DNA from: Octopus sinensis
Taxonomy: Eukaryota
DNA: 64,000 nt
Direction: 5' to 3'
NCBI RefSeq assembly: GCF_006345805.1
Contig: NC_043003.1
Span: forward strand, 90,892,001-90,956,000
The position numbers were made by a program, and so were the translations under genes. A model generated the notes under the pieces. It saw only the letters and a list, made by a program, of their open reading frames with translations, searched no databases and was not told the origin of the DNA. Positions 38,521 to 52,000 of the stretch are shown here, piece after piece (positions within the stretch are counted from its first letter, which is position 1; every line of letters begins with the position of its first letter).

Positions 38521-40436
38521 TTAATAATCTTTCAATTGCATTCATTGACTTATATATATATATATATATATACTGCACACACACATATAAGTACAGACAC
38601 ATACATAGATGTATATGTACATATACATATAGACACACACACACACTCACTCAGACACACATCTATATATATAGATCTTCTTAAAAGCTGAAGCTTCATA
38701 AACCAAAACTTTCACACACAAAAGTTCCACATTCAAAATAATTGAAGTAAGGAAGCAGTGTCAAAAAAATATTCAGTAAGCAAAAATAATCACAAACATA
38801 TTGATATATAATTAATCATTGCAATTTGATTGATTGCTGAAAAAAAATTATTAGCATCAGGCATTCATCTAGTCAATCATGATGCAAAAATAAATACAAA
38901 ATGTGATATGTTCATCTATTAACATGCAAAAATACATTTTCATATCTTCAGTTTCATATGCATAAACCAATGTAAGCAAGGAAGGTGATTTTCATTGTTT
39001 TAGTGTTGAAGAAGTAAATGAATGCTTTTCATTTTCTATTTTTATAATTTGATAAATTTTAAGGCAATCACAAATCATTAACCCAATTAGCCATTTGACT
39101 GGTGGAAATTCCTCAATATATTGCAATGGAAGTATCTATATTACTTCAGTAATTCCAGTCTTTGTTCAAAATTGCAAAAGGGTGTGCAATAGAATATTAT
39201 ACTTCTCTGATAAACACAGATCACACCTTCTGGAGTCATTAATGTAAAGGGGACATGTTTTATAATGAACCAATGGATTTTATAGTTATAAATACAAACC
39301 AATAAATTCTATATATATATTTGGACAGAGAAGGGCAAAGTAGATTTTCTCCTTTTTTTTAGATCTGAAAGAATACATATATTGCAAAAAAGTTTTTAAA
39401 GGGATTTTCAGAAAGCCCTAAACAGTTTTTTGTTTCAGTTTTATCTGCAAGAAAGAAATTAGCTTGAAAGGCTGATGCTTTGAAAGGACACATACCACTG
39501 AATGAGCAGATATTAGAATTGTTGCAGTCATATATAGGAAGAGATATTAGAACATTTGTACTGGAAAGATTTTGTTATACTATATTGACTTTAGAAGCAA
39601 CAAAGTTTCAGATCATGTATACCTCATCTTAATGCTACATATATTAAATATGTTATGATATCTATGTTCTATAGAGAAAAGGCTACTTATAAAGTTTAGA
39701 AAACTTTGGGAAAATTATCAATATATATCAATATATATATGTATGTATACATACCCCCAAATTTTTATTATATTTATATATAATAAAACTGACTGAAACA
39801 AGTAAAAGAGATAAAGAGATAAAGATATATATATATATATATATATATATAACTTTAATCATGTAATAACATGACCAATTATTTTGTAAAGGATAGATTG
39901 TTTCATTTGGTTGCATGATATGTATAATACATTGAAAAATAAGTGAGACATATAACAAATAATGAAACCACTATCAGTAATGGAACCAAATGTACTGATA
40001 TAAGCAGCGTGAAGACTATTTTAGCTAAGATGAAGATGATGAGTATGATATTGAAACTGATGATAAATCTGAACACTGTATACAATAAAGAAGCTCATTA
40101 TTAATACATTTCATTATTTGAGTCACGAGACCAGTATTTTCTGAAGAATCAATGATATTTTGTTAATTATATTATAGAATGGGCAGCAGAATTGTTTATG
40201 AATATGAAAATAATTCCAGCTATTGTTTTTTCAGCATTTACAACTTTTCTACTACACTGTTAATTTTTTATATTAGTTTAATTTATGTTTTACAATAATA
40301 TAAGGAATATTTTTGTTGTTTTATATAGACTGAATCTGACTTTAAAATTTTTTTATCTAAAATTAATACATTTTTAAAAAATAATTTATATGTTTAGTAT
40401 TATAATAATTTTCAAAACAATCAAGTGTAATCAATG

Positions 40437-40541
<105 letters not shown>

Positions 40542-41785
40542 GGAGGATTTGGCAACATTCTGTATGTTTTCTGTTTGCTTGTGCTTATATATATTATGTG
40601 CACTTTTTGAACATACACACACATACACATAAGAAAGATGGAATAATTTTACATGATATATTCAAACTTTTACAGTTGTTTCAATGAACCCTGCAAATAA
40701 GGAATACTGTGCATATTGTACTTTAGGCATAATTATTATAAAGCAATATTACTGAAAAGTATATTAGGAAAATAATAACAATACATATGAATCATGATAC
40801 ATAAGTGGATTCTTGAAACAAACACAGTACATCATTTTCAGAAAGGTAGGTGACAAATGTGACAAAATAATTTTCAAAACTACGTAGTGGCACTGAGAAA
40901 TTAGGGAAAACAAAAGGAGATGAAGAATAAAAGAAATATCATTGTAAAAAATATAGAGGAAAGAGAGAATGTGAGACCAGGAAATGTATGTTAACCAGAG
41001 AGAGAGAGGAAGAAGTAGATGAAAAGGTAAGAAGGAGGAAAATAAAGAAAGGCTGAACTATGATGTTGTAGTAGAAGGATAGGTAGTAATAATGTGTAAA
41101 GCGGATGTGGAAAGCAAAAAGATGAAAGCGCTAGAGAGGGTGCAAGGAAGTTTTTACTAAGGAATGAGAAAAGTGGGATAGAGGGAGTAATTGAAATCTA
41201 TCATAACAAAAATGTGAATGTTAGACTATGTATCACAGTTCATGTATATTGATATGTTTGCTTACATACTTTTGAGAATATTGCCTTTTAATGTTTACAC
41301 CTAATTGTATAATCATTATCATCTTGAAACTGTCTAAGCACATGCTGCTAAGAGCTGATGGGATTTGATGGGTTCAAGAACTGTATCATGCTCCACTGTT
41401 CATTTTGGTATGGTTTCTACAGCTGGACACTCTTCCTAATGCCAGTCATTTTACACCCTGGGTGTGTGTGTGTGTGTGTAAGTGGGTAATTTGAATGAGG
41501 TGATAAAGGGTTCAAGTATGAGAGAAGGGTGTAGAGTATGGGGTGGGGTTGTGATAGAGGAGCTACATGGCTATTCACATTTAGAGGAATGGGTGAGAAT
41601 GATTGGATGGAACTGAAAAGAGATGAAACTGTGGTGATAGCAGAATCTACTAAAGGTACCCAAGAACCAGTGACAATAATAGTAATAGTGATAATAATAA
41701 TATCTAAACAGAAAAACAGAGGCTCAGATTATTTAAAATTCTTTTTGTGCTGATTGTGAAAGAGAGAAGAAAGCACAAAGAGAGG

Positions 41786-41846
<61 letters not shown>

Positions 41847-41950
41847 GAAGATGCATGGGAATTTAGGAAAATATTCATTTAAAAAAACATTAACCAGAAG
41901 CTTATAAGATTGTCGTAAAGTTAGTGGTTGCTGTAAACATATACTAACTT

Positions 41951-42061
41951 CTACTGAGTTATCTGAACTAAGCCATTGAGGGATTCAGTTTCAGAGTTGG
42001 CTGCAGAGTTATTTCGTCTGTTGAATTGCTGAAGTAGTTGCTGGGCTGCATTTTTGGTTAA
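41951..42061 (-). CDS. Candidate terminal coding exon of an unidentified gene
   Basis: CTGAT..TATTTGTAG acceptor followed by LTKNAAQQLLQQFNRRNNSAANSETESLNGLVQITQ* in non-repetitive, GC-richer sequence. Confidence 0.3.
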   Translation of the reverse strand, partial: LTKNAAQQLLQQFNRRNNSAANSETESLNGLVQITQ

Positions 42062-42240
42062 CTACAAATATAGACATCAGTCAAACTTAATCTGCGATGA
42101 TTAAGGCTTAAAATGTTTAAAGACTCGACTGAATAGTGCATAAAAACATATGCACACCCACAGCACATATAAATATATACACATGTAAATAACTATATTC
42201 CCACACACATATGCATACATACACACAATAATAATAATAA

Positions 42241-42681
42241 TCCTTTCTACTATAGGCACAAGGCCTGAAATTTTGGGTGAGGAGATTAGTCAATTACATC
42301 AACCTCAGTGTTTCACTGGAACTTGATTTATCAACCCCAAAAGGATGTAAAGCAAAGTTGACCTCAGCAGAATTTGAACTCAGAACATAAAGACGGATGA
42401 AATATCGCTAAGCATTTCATTCAGTGTGCTCACAATTCTGCCAGCTCACTGCCCTCATAATAATAATAATCCTTTCTACTAAAGGCACAAGGCCTGAAAT
42501 TTGGAGGGAGTGGGTAATTGACTACATCAACTCCAGTGTTCAAATGGTATTTATTTCATCAAACCCAAAAGGATGAAAGCAAAAGTCAACGTCTGTGGAA
42601 TTTGAACTCAGAACATAAAGATTAATGAAATGCTGCTAAGATGTTGTCTGGCTTTCTAAGGATTCTGCCAGTCGCCACCTT
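42241..42681 (-). mobile_element. Two tandem SINE family B copies separated by (TAA)n
   Basis: 42241-42455 and 42470-42681, each beginning (on +) CCTTTCTACTA.AGGCACAAGGCCTGAAATTT. Confidence 0.85.
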
Positions 42682-42716
42682 AACATATATTTCTACTAAA
42701 ATAAGATTATTATTTT

Positions 42717-43598
42717 ATATATATATATACATACACACACAAACAACACAAATATGTACATATATGTAGTTATGTGTATATGTCTATACCTGCATGTGTG
42801 TCTGTGTTTATCTCAATATAAACAAATATAAGAAAGCATTCAAGCAAATAAAACTATGATTTCACTGTTGTTTACTCTGAGCTTCTTGTTACTGCTTTTC
42901 AAAATAACTTTTATTTTTATTTGAAACTCCATGCTAATCATATGCATATTCACATACATATGTAAAGGCATTCACACAAATACATACATGTATATGTGTG
43001 TGTGTGCATGAATGTATGTATGTTATGTATGTATGTATGTATGTGTATGTATGTATGTGTATGTATGTATGTTGTATGTATGTATGTATATGTATGTATG
43101 TATTATGTATGTATGTATGTGTATGTATGTATGTGTATGTATGTATGTATATATGTATGTATATATATATATATACATACACACACAAACAACACAAATA
43201 TGTACATATATGTAGTTATGTGTATATGTCTATACCTGCATGTGTGTCTGTGTTTATCTCAATATAAACAAATATAAGAAAGCATTCAAGCAAATAAAAC
43301 TATGATTTCACTGTTGTTTACTCTGAGCTTCTTGTTACTGCTTTTCAAAATAACTTTTATTTTTATTTGAAACTCCATGCTAATCATATGCATATTCACA
43401 TACATATGTAAAGGTATTCACACAAATACATACATGTATATGTGTGTGTGTGCATGTATGTATGTATGTATGTATGTATGTATGTATGTATGTATGTATG
43501 TATGTATGTATGTATGTATGTATGTATGTACATATGTATGTATGTATATGTATGTATGTATGTATGTATGTATGATGTATGTATGTATGTGTGTATAT

Positions 43599-43632
<34 letters not shown>

Positions 43633-44030
43633 CATACACACACAAACAACACAAATATGTACATATATGTAGTTATGTGTATATGTCTATACCTGCATGT
43701 GTGTCTGTGTTTATCTCAATATAAACAAATATAAGAAAGCATTCAAGCAAATAAAACTATGATTTCACTGTTGTTTACTCTGAGCTTCTTGTTACTGCTT
43801 TTCAAAATAACTTTTATTTTTATTTGAAACTCCATGCTAATCATATGCATATTCACATACATATGTAAAGGCATTCACACAAATACATACATGTATATGT
43901 GTGTGTGTGCATGTATGTATGTATGTATGTATGTATGTATGTATGTAGTATGTATGTATGTATGTATGTATGTATGTATGTACGTACATATGTATGTATG
44001 TATATATGTATGTATGTATGTATGTATATA
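42717..44030. repeat. Tandem triplication, unit ~446-457 bp (unique ~270 bp + variable (TATG)n)
   Basis: AAACAACACAAATATGTAC at 42741, 43187 and 43644; unique parts essentially identical. Confidence 0.95.
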
Positions 44031-44677
44031 CACACACACATTATATAGACACATATACATGTAAATGTGTTTTTACACACATGCTCATATATGTACATAT
44101 ATATGAGGGTATATGTTTCTACACATATACATGTAGGTATCAACATCTAAATATTCACATCTAGGTAAAATTCTATGTAGCAGAATGTAATCACGGTATT
44201 ACTAAGTATTACTAAATGGTAACCAGAAACCAAATTCTTAGTAACAGGCAGTTCTACTGCAACCAGAAGAATTCGAGTGGGAGCTGGATAGGTTATGATT
44301 TAACAGCTACAATATCAGTATCACAGTTAATGATATCTTCTTACAGGTGTTGCATTTTGTCATTAAATTTCTTTTATGATATATTAGTTACTTTGACTTT
44401 TGAAGAACTCTGGGTGTAACCATAGAATTCTATAAACCCTATAAATCTCATGTCTTATATAAACATTTTAAAAATAGCAGTTACATCATATAAGAGTTGT
44501 CCTAGCTATCTAAATACATACAAAGATGTTATATTCATTTCTTATTTGTTTTTGGAAATTGTCATTGCACCACTGCATGATGGTCACTAAGATAACCCCA
44601 TTGGAATCATATCAGTGACCCAGTTACAGTGATCCAATGAAATATATGTATGCACACATACATACATACATACATAC

Positions 44678-44708
<31 letters not shown>

Positions 44709-44711
44709 ATA

Positions 44712-45040
44712 TACTACTAGTACTCAGCTGGTTACAACAATGAGGATTTCAATTGATCCGATCAACAGAACAGCCAGCTTATTAACATGCAAGTGGTTGA
44801 GAACTTCACAGACACGTGTACCCTTAATGTAGTTCTCAGGGAAATTCAGTGCGACACAAAGTGTGACAAGGCTGGTTGGCCCTTTGATATACAGGAACTA
44901 CACATTTTTACACCTGAGTGGACTGGAGCAACATGAAATAAAGTGTCTTGCTCAAGGACACAGTGCATCACTGGGAATTGAACTCACAGCCTTGCAATAG
45001 TGAGTCAAATACCCTAATCACTAAGCCATGTGCCTTCACA
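44712..45040 (-). mobile_element. SINE family C copy
   Basis: Collinear with 28850-29180. Confidence 0.8.
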
Positions 45041-45201
45041 TATTATGCAGATAGGTGTATTATCCCAGCTGTATCTTCATGAAGCACACCCACATTTGCC
45101 AGTATTCCAAAGTGAATCTGTAGAAGTTATATTTTATATGAGAGTTGAAAATACTGGAGAATACTGCAAAATAGTCATTGTAATGTAATTAAATTTTTTT
45201 A

Positions 45202-45502
45202 TGCACCCTTTTCAAGCCTAGCCAGGTTCATGGGTCCGGTTTCCCAGTTTCTATGGCATATGTGTTCCCCCCAGGTGGACAGGATGCCAGTCTATTGCAG
45301 CGCTACTCAAGAAACAGGAAGAAAGAGTGAAAGTTGGGGCGAAAGAGTACAACAGGGGTCGCCACTACCCCTTGCTGGAGCCTCGTGGAGCTTTAGGTAG
45401 TTTTCCCTCAATAAATACGCACAATGCCTGGTCTGGGAATCGAAACCACACTCCTCCGACCACAAGTCCGCTACCCTAACCACTGGGCCATTGTGCCTCC
45501 AC
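45202..45502 (-). mobile_element. tRNA-derived SINE with a V-domain-like body
   Basis: Minus strand TGGCCCAGTGGTTAGGG...GGTTTCGATTCCCAG head and CTGCAATAGACTGGCATCCTGTCCACCTGGGGG...AGAAACTGGGAAACCGG. Confidence 0.7.
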
Positions 45503-46291
45503 AAAGTAATTATGTACTAAAACAAAAAACTGGAAAAATTTTCTCGTGTTATTTGTTCTGTGTTACATATGTTTCATTACCAATAGGAGTTACAATGGTA
45601 GAAAAACATGTAAGACATCTCATATTAGTAATTCTTCAAACAGATTTGACGAATTACTAATTGATGTATTGCAACGGCAGCACCCTTTCATGCAGTTCTC
45701 TAAAGAGTATGAATCAAGTGCAGTAAATGAGATGCATTGCTACCTAATTTAGAGAGAGAGGGTGGGGAGAGAGATGGTAAAGATGTGATGGAAGTGGGGG
45801 GGGTGTATTCAAGTTACAGGGTGGTGTATATAAATGAAGTGGAACCAAAGATTGAATAGGGTGAGTGGGTAAGAAGTTTGGGAGGTAGAGGAAAGGAAGG
45901 CATGTTGTGGGAAAGAGATTCAAGAGACACCCTGTGAGTATGTTGGCTTGCAAGGTTGCAAAGGGAGCATGAGAGAAAGAGGGGAAGAGAAAACAATGAG
46001 TGATGAACTTGGGGGAGGAGTTAGGAAGATGGGTTGTGGGGGAGAGGTTTGTCAGGACAGATTGTGTGCAAAGGTATGAACATAAAAAACATATATGTCT
46101 ATGTAGATGTTTGTGTATATATATACTTATATATATAACAAAACAGGAAATTGGAAATTCTTTGGTATTAGTTATTCACCATTACACATGTTTCATTTGC
46201 TAATAAGATTTACATGTTAGATAGACATGTAAGGAATTTCCTATTAGAAATTCTTCAGATAGAGAAATGAAATAATTATTATAAATAAATG

Positions 46292-46375
46292 TATAGCCTT
46301 GGGCTGACCAAAACTTGGTGAGTGGATTTGGTAGACAGAAACTGAAAGAAGCCCATCGTATATGTGAATATATAT

Positions 46376-46406
<31 letters not shown>

Positions 46407-46577
46407 GTGCGTGTGTTTCTGTCCCCGTAACTTAGTGGCTTGCCAAAAGAGAACAATAGAATAAGTACCAAGCCTTAAGAAAATAAGTACTGGCGTTGAT
46501 TCTTTCAACTAAAAATTCCAGGTGGTGCCCCAGCATGGCCATGGTCTAATGACTGAAACAAATAAAAGATAAAAGAG
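46292..46577 (+). mobile_element. SINE family A, 5'-truncated
   Basis: GTGGATTTGGTAGACAGAAACTGAAAGAAGCCC...CAGCATGGCC...GACTGAAACAA. Confidence 0.75.
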
Positions 46578-47271
46578 TTTCTTCTTTCCCTTTTCCAACA
46601 CAAACATTTCTACCCTCTCCTTACAAACAGATTTATGCCACACCCAATTTTCACATACCTAGCCCCACCTGCCAAATAAATATCTAGCTAATACCTGCTA
46701 ATACCTAGCTCCACCTGCCACCATCTCCAGCAAAAAACTACATAAGATTGGCCATTGAGAAGGTGATTATATCAGCAGTGACTGCATGGCCAAGGTGACT
46801 GCATGGCCACAGACTTGGGGCTGAAATGTATAAAAGAATAAAGGAATATGTAGTAGAAGAACTTAACCAAGCCACAGAAACCATACTGAAACAGACATTG
46901 GAGCACAATGCAGGCCTCAGACCTAGTGGACCTAGTTGTCTCTGCCTGTGTCTCTTTCTATCTCCCTCTATTTCTTTCTCTCACTTGCTCTCTCTCTCGC
47001 TCTCTTTCTCTCTTGTTCTCTCTCTCTCTTGCTCTCTTTCTCTCTTGTTCTCTCTCTCTCTCTTCATACACACACACACTCACTCACACACGTGAAAACA
47101 TATGGTAAATATTTCATATTTTCTTTATGTGGTATATTTGGTAGCTCTTTTCATTTCTTTAATTCATATAGACATAAATTTATAGCACCAACAACCAGTT
47201 ACTTCAATGTGCACCCTTAGTGATTAAGTATGCTACTTAAATTAACTAAAATTGTATTTTCTGGGTTGATA

Positions 47272-47314
<43 letters not shown>

Positions 47315-47512
47315 ATATATATATATATATATACATACATGAATGTGAAATCATGCGTTGAAACAGGTATTGTATTTCAGGATGGTCATTTTTTTTTGCC
47401 AAATAAAAATTTACTAGGCAAAAAAATGACCATCCCAAAATACAATATACATACATACATACAAACATACATACATACATACATGCATGCATACATACAT
47501 ACACATATATAT

Positions 47513-48185
47513 ATATAATGTAAATTAGAGATAAAACCACTATTATGCAACTTAAACAGTGATAGACATAAACCAAAACATAAATAACAAATAAAAAATA
47601 TTTTTATAAAACATAACTAGATCTCAAAAAGTGTAAAAATGAATAATCAATATATAATTTTTTTTTACCTTAAATATTAAATATTTAACATAATAAATAT
47701 GTTGTAGGAAATAATCCTAATGTTTTAAGTTTCTGATTTAGTTAATGGAGTTTCTTCTATAAGAAAAATTATTATTTTATTTATTTTTAAAATAAATATT
47801 GTTTAACTCTATTTGCTTATTTATTTAACTATTATTGTTAACCTGAAGATTGACTAAAATTTTAAATTGAATTCATTTCAATTAAATTTAAATTTAATTG
47901 TAATTCGAATTTAATTGTAGCCATGAAACGTATGCAGTTTTTTTTTACTTATTATATATTGATTATTCATTTTTATACTTTTTGAGATCTAGTTACATGT
48001 TTTATAAAAATATATTTTATTTGTTATTTGTGTTTTGGTTTACGTCTATCACTGTTTGAGTTGCATAATAGTGGTTTTATCTCTAATTCATATTTTATAT
48101 ATTTATATAGTGAAATTTGATTTAATACTAAATTGAATTTTTCCCTGTAAGTTTGGAGTTATACTCCCTAATATTATTAATATTA
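47513..48185 (+). mobile_element. Penelope pLTR-like cassette: inverted 3' segment + hammerhead + direct 3' segment
   Basis: ~145-bp arms 47513-47658 / 47951-48100; the 3' extension 48104-48185 matches 63772-63850 in reverse. Confidence 0.75.
47840..47939 (+). ncRNA. Type I hammerhead with a 75-nt AT-rich stem II (cleavage triplet mutated)
   Basis: AAC-CTGAAGA-TTGACTA...TAGCCAT-GAAA-CGTATG-CA-GTT; stem III is close to the palindrome ACGTACGT. Confidence 0.65.
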
Positions 48186-48968
48186 TATATATATATGTTA
48201 GTTATGATTTTATCCAACATATTCCCTTCTGAGATTCACACTCTTACTGCAGCAGTCCTTCAGTTTTACTAAGCCCTGTAAAAGAACTCAGGAGTTTGGG
48301 CCAACAACCAAACCTTTCACAATACCCTTAAAGCCAGGAACTTTTCAGCACCCCCACATACAACACTTCTTTCTGTAGAGGATTCCAATCCATTGTAAGG
48401 TTAACTTCCTAGATATGGCTGGAATACATTTACAGCTGAGTGGACTGGAACAGCATAAGAAGTGATTTAATAAAGAACATAAAGCACTACCTGGCCTAGG
48501 GATCAAAACCAAGGTCTTATGATCATGAGTGTAATACCCTAATCACTAAGCTGTGCACCTAGTGGCAGTAGGGATGAAAAAATAAAAAATAAAATTATTT
48601 AAATTGGATGAACTTTATAAGGTAATTTGAAATTGCTGTATATTTAAATGAAATTGATGATAATCGATGTTGCAGTTTTATTGGGTTATGGGACCAACCC
48701 TAAATAACTGGATCTCCTTTAGTGAGAAGCATTACACTAGAGTAGCAGAGAATTTACTTTCTCCAAAGCTTACGGGAAGACTTAACCTTAACACAGCAAA
48801 CAAATGAAATAATGTGTCAATTTTTCCAATTTTGTCTACATTCCTGGACTCTATAACCACCACTCTGCAGTATTTAGAACTAGGTGAACTAAGTTGTTAG
48901 TAGCTACATATGTTGGGCACACATGCACACGCACACACTGACACACACCCACATGCACGCACATGCAT

Positions 48969-49001
<33 letters not shown>

Positions 49002-52000
49002 AGTAGTAGTCGCAAGACACAAACCATTGATTCTTTTCTAGGTGGTTGTTAGAAATCTTTTGACTAGGCCATCTACACATTCATATAGCATTATACAAAA
49101 TACAATTACAGATAGTCCAGAGCAGTGTTCTAGATGGTCTTAAAACTTTTAAAACTTTTAAAACTTGTCCAACACCGTAGCAAAGAAAGGTTGTTAAAAA
49201 GCTTGCTTCCCAATTGTGTGATTTTAGGTTCAATCTCATTGCATGATACCTTTAGCAAGTGTTCTCTACTATAGCTTGAGGCTGACAAAAGCCTTGTGAA
49301 TGGATTTAGCAGAAGGAAACTGAAAGAAGCTCATCATCTTTCTGTGTGTGTGTGTGTGTGAACTATTGAGCCTTTCTACTGTTGATGCCATGAGAAAATG
49401 CATCTAATACTCTCTGTAGACTGGTTAGTGACAGAAAGGGAACTGAGTGATAGAAACCAAACCAAATGACACGTACAAGCTCTAGTTTAAAGGGGCAGTG
49501 GCTCTCAATCAGAAATAACCTGGATTGTGAGAACCTGTTCAACCTATGTCAGCATGAAAATTGAACATAAAATGATGATAATACATCTATATTTTCCACA
49601 GTAGTACCTATCATAAACATTGTGAGTAGCTGAGCACATAAAATAGTTGTTTTGGAAACAAATATTTAGTCATTTAACCATAAATTGAGAAATTTGGAAA
49701 TCTGTATTCTTGTTTCAGTTGATGAAAGAATGTAATACTATGTTACTCTTGGAATTTTTCCAAGTAATTCTTGGATACATCAAAGCAATTCTTTTTTCAA
49801 ATTTGCTGCTTATTTACTTTTCTTTATCTTTTATACCCAGATAGATATAGTGGGGAGGATTATAACAAAGATTATTTCCCTAAGTATAAAACTGATATAT
49901 TCTACAGTTAAATATATTTAAACCAATAGGGTTAAATGTCTTTCACATATATATCGGCCAGTGCCAATGTATAAAGTTGCACATACATTCTTACCAAACT
50001 ATATATGTATGTGTATCTTTATGGATATGTATCCACACATATAATATCTGTGCAAATGTATGCATGTATTTATGCGTGCACTAGTACACATTGAAAAGTG
50101 GTTGGCATTTGAAAGGGCATCCAGCTGTAGCAATCGTGCCAAAGTTGACATGGGAACTCAACACAGTCCTGCTACTTGTCAAATCCAGTCAAGTGTCCAA
50201 TATGGAAAATGGATGTTAAATGATGGTGATGATATATATATCCAGCATTTAAGATGATCTTCACAGATTTAAAATATTTTCTCAAAGAGTATATAATGCC
50301 TGAAACTAAATTATGATTTATACTAGTAAATCAAAGTTCAAACTTTTATATTCTGAATATGAGCAAACAAAAAGTTTGAGGTCAATTTTGTAAAGCTTCC
50401 CAGATTGTGATTTTGTTTCAGGATGTATATTACATGATAATAACATTAACTAGTTGTTAATCTCACCATTTAAATTTAGTAACAACCATGAACAGTGTGT
50501 TTAAAAAGTTCAAACATATATGGCTGAGATCACTGTTACTGGAAGCTTTGATACTCATAAAATAACAATTAAGCAATAAAGATGTGTGTGTGTGTGTGCG
50601 TGTGCACTTTATAATGATCAAAGATGACTTTACCCAAATACAGTAAATCCTGGTTATGAAAACAGCTTGAAATATATATTGTTGGAATACAAATAATTTC
50701 AACAGTACTTGTTAAATATAGTTAATTAACAATGATTTGAATAAATAGCCAATTGATAAGAAGCCAGTTAATTGAAAAATTTACAACTTCCTCCTTCCTT
50801 TAGCTTTTTTTAGTTTGTTTTAGCTATTGCAGTAAAGGATATGCTAAAGAACAATGTGTAGTGGTGACCTAACAGAGTTGGTTATGTCAGGTTATATTGG
50901 ACAGGGAGTGAAGGGCATTTTTAAATAAATATTATTTTCAGTTTATATAAGCTAAGTACTTGCATTTACAGTGACGTTTTTTAAGGTTTTTCTTTGTAAC
51001 TCAAGTTTTAAATTAGTTTGTAATCAAAGTCATTAATTTCAGAATCATTATATTAAAGAAAAGAAGTAAGTTATTGTTTTTTTGAAGTATTGCAGAATAT
51101 GCAAAAAAATCAGTGCATTAAATATCAAAAATAACAAAAATATTAAAATTATATCTTAGAAATATTTAATTGTTCTTGATATTTTGGCTAAAGAACTCCT
51201 TTTCAAAAGTACTAAAGGAACAAGACAGAAATGCCAAACTCACAGATATATTTCTCTCTTGCAATTTTAACAATTGAAAAGATGTATTTTCTCCAAAATA
51301 TCAGGAGTTAATAAAATACTTCTAAGAAAATATTTCAATATTTTATTCATATTTAATATTTGATCTGTGCTGATCTGGCCCTCCATAATACAAGTATTTT
51401 CTATGTAAAAGAATGTGAAAAAAAAAAAAAAATAGGAAGTGAATATTATCATAAACTGGTATATATAGAGTCAGAAGTCTAAGGATAATTGCTTTTAAAT
51501 CAGTGTAGAGATTTCTTATGTTTTTTTTTTTTTTGAAGAAGCTAAAGATTTCAAATTATGTAAAAGGAAAATGATATGAAATTAGAACATAGGTATCAGA
51601 GTAAGATAAATGTTTTCAAAATAAAGGATTGATGTCAAAATGAAAGTAATGGTTGAAACTGAAGAGAGTAAAAATAACAAAAGGTGATAATTTGAAAATT
51701 ACAGTGTAAGGATTATAACGTAAGAACATTGATGTTGATAACATTTCACATGAAGAACTTGCAATGTAAGGAATAAATATAATGAGATCAATGGTAATAG
51801 TATATCACATTAGGCAACCTCTAAAGTAAAATTTGTTTTTAAAAACAATTTTTAAAGTACAAACATCAGTCTTTATCACAGAAAATATATTACACTGGCA
51901 AATTCTGCCTGGTTAAGATTATATGAACATCTGTTGTGCAATAGCATTTTAATTTAATTATATTTAATTACTTTTAAGAACATTGGAAATACAACTCATA

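Noticed and set aside
42717-44030. CRISPR-like repeat/spacer array
   Set aside because: Eukaryotic context, ~270-bp repeats, microsatellite spacers and no cas genes.
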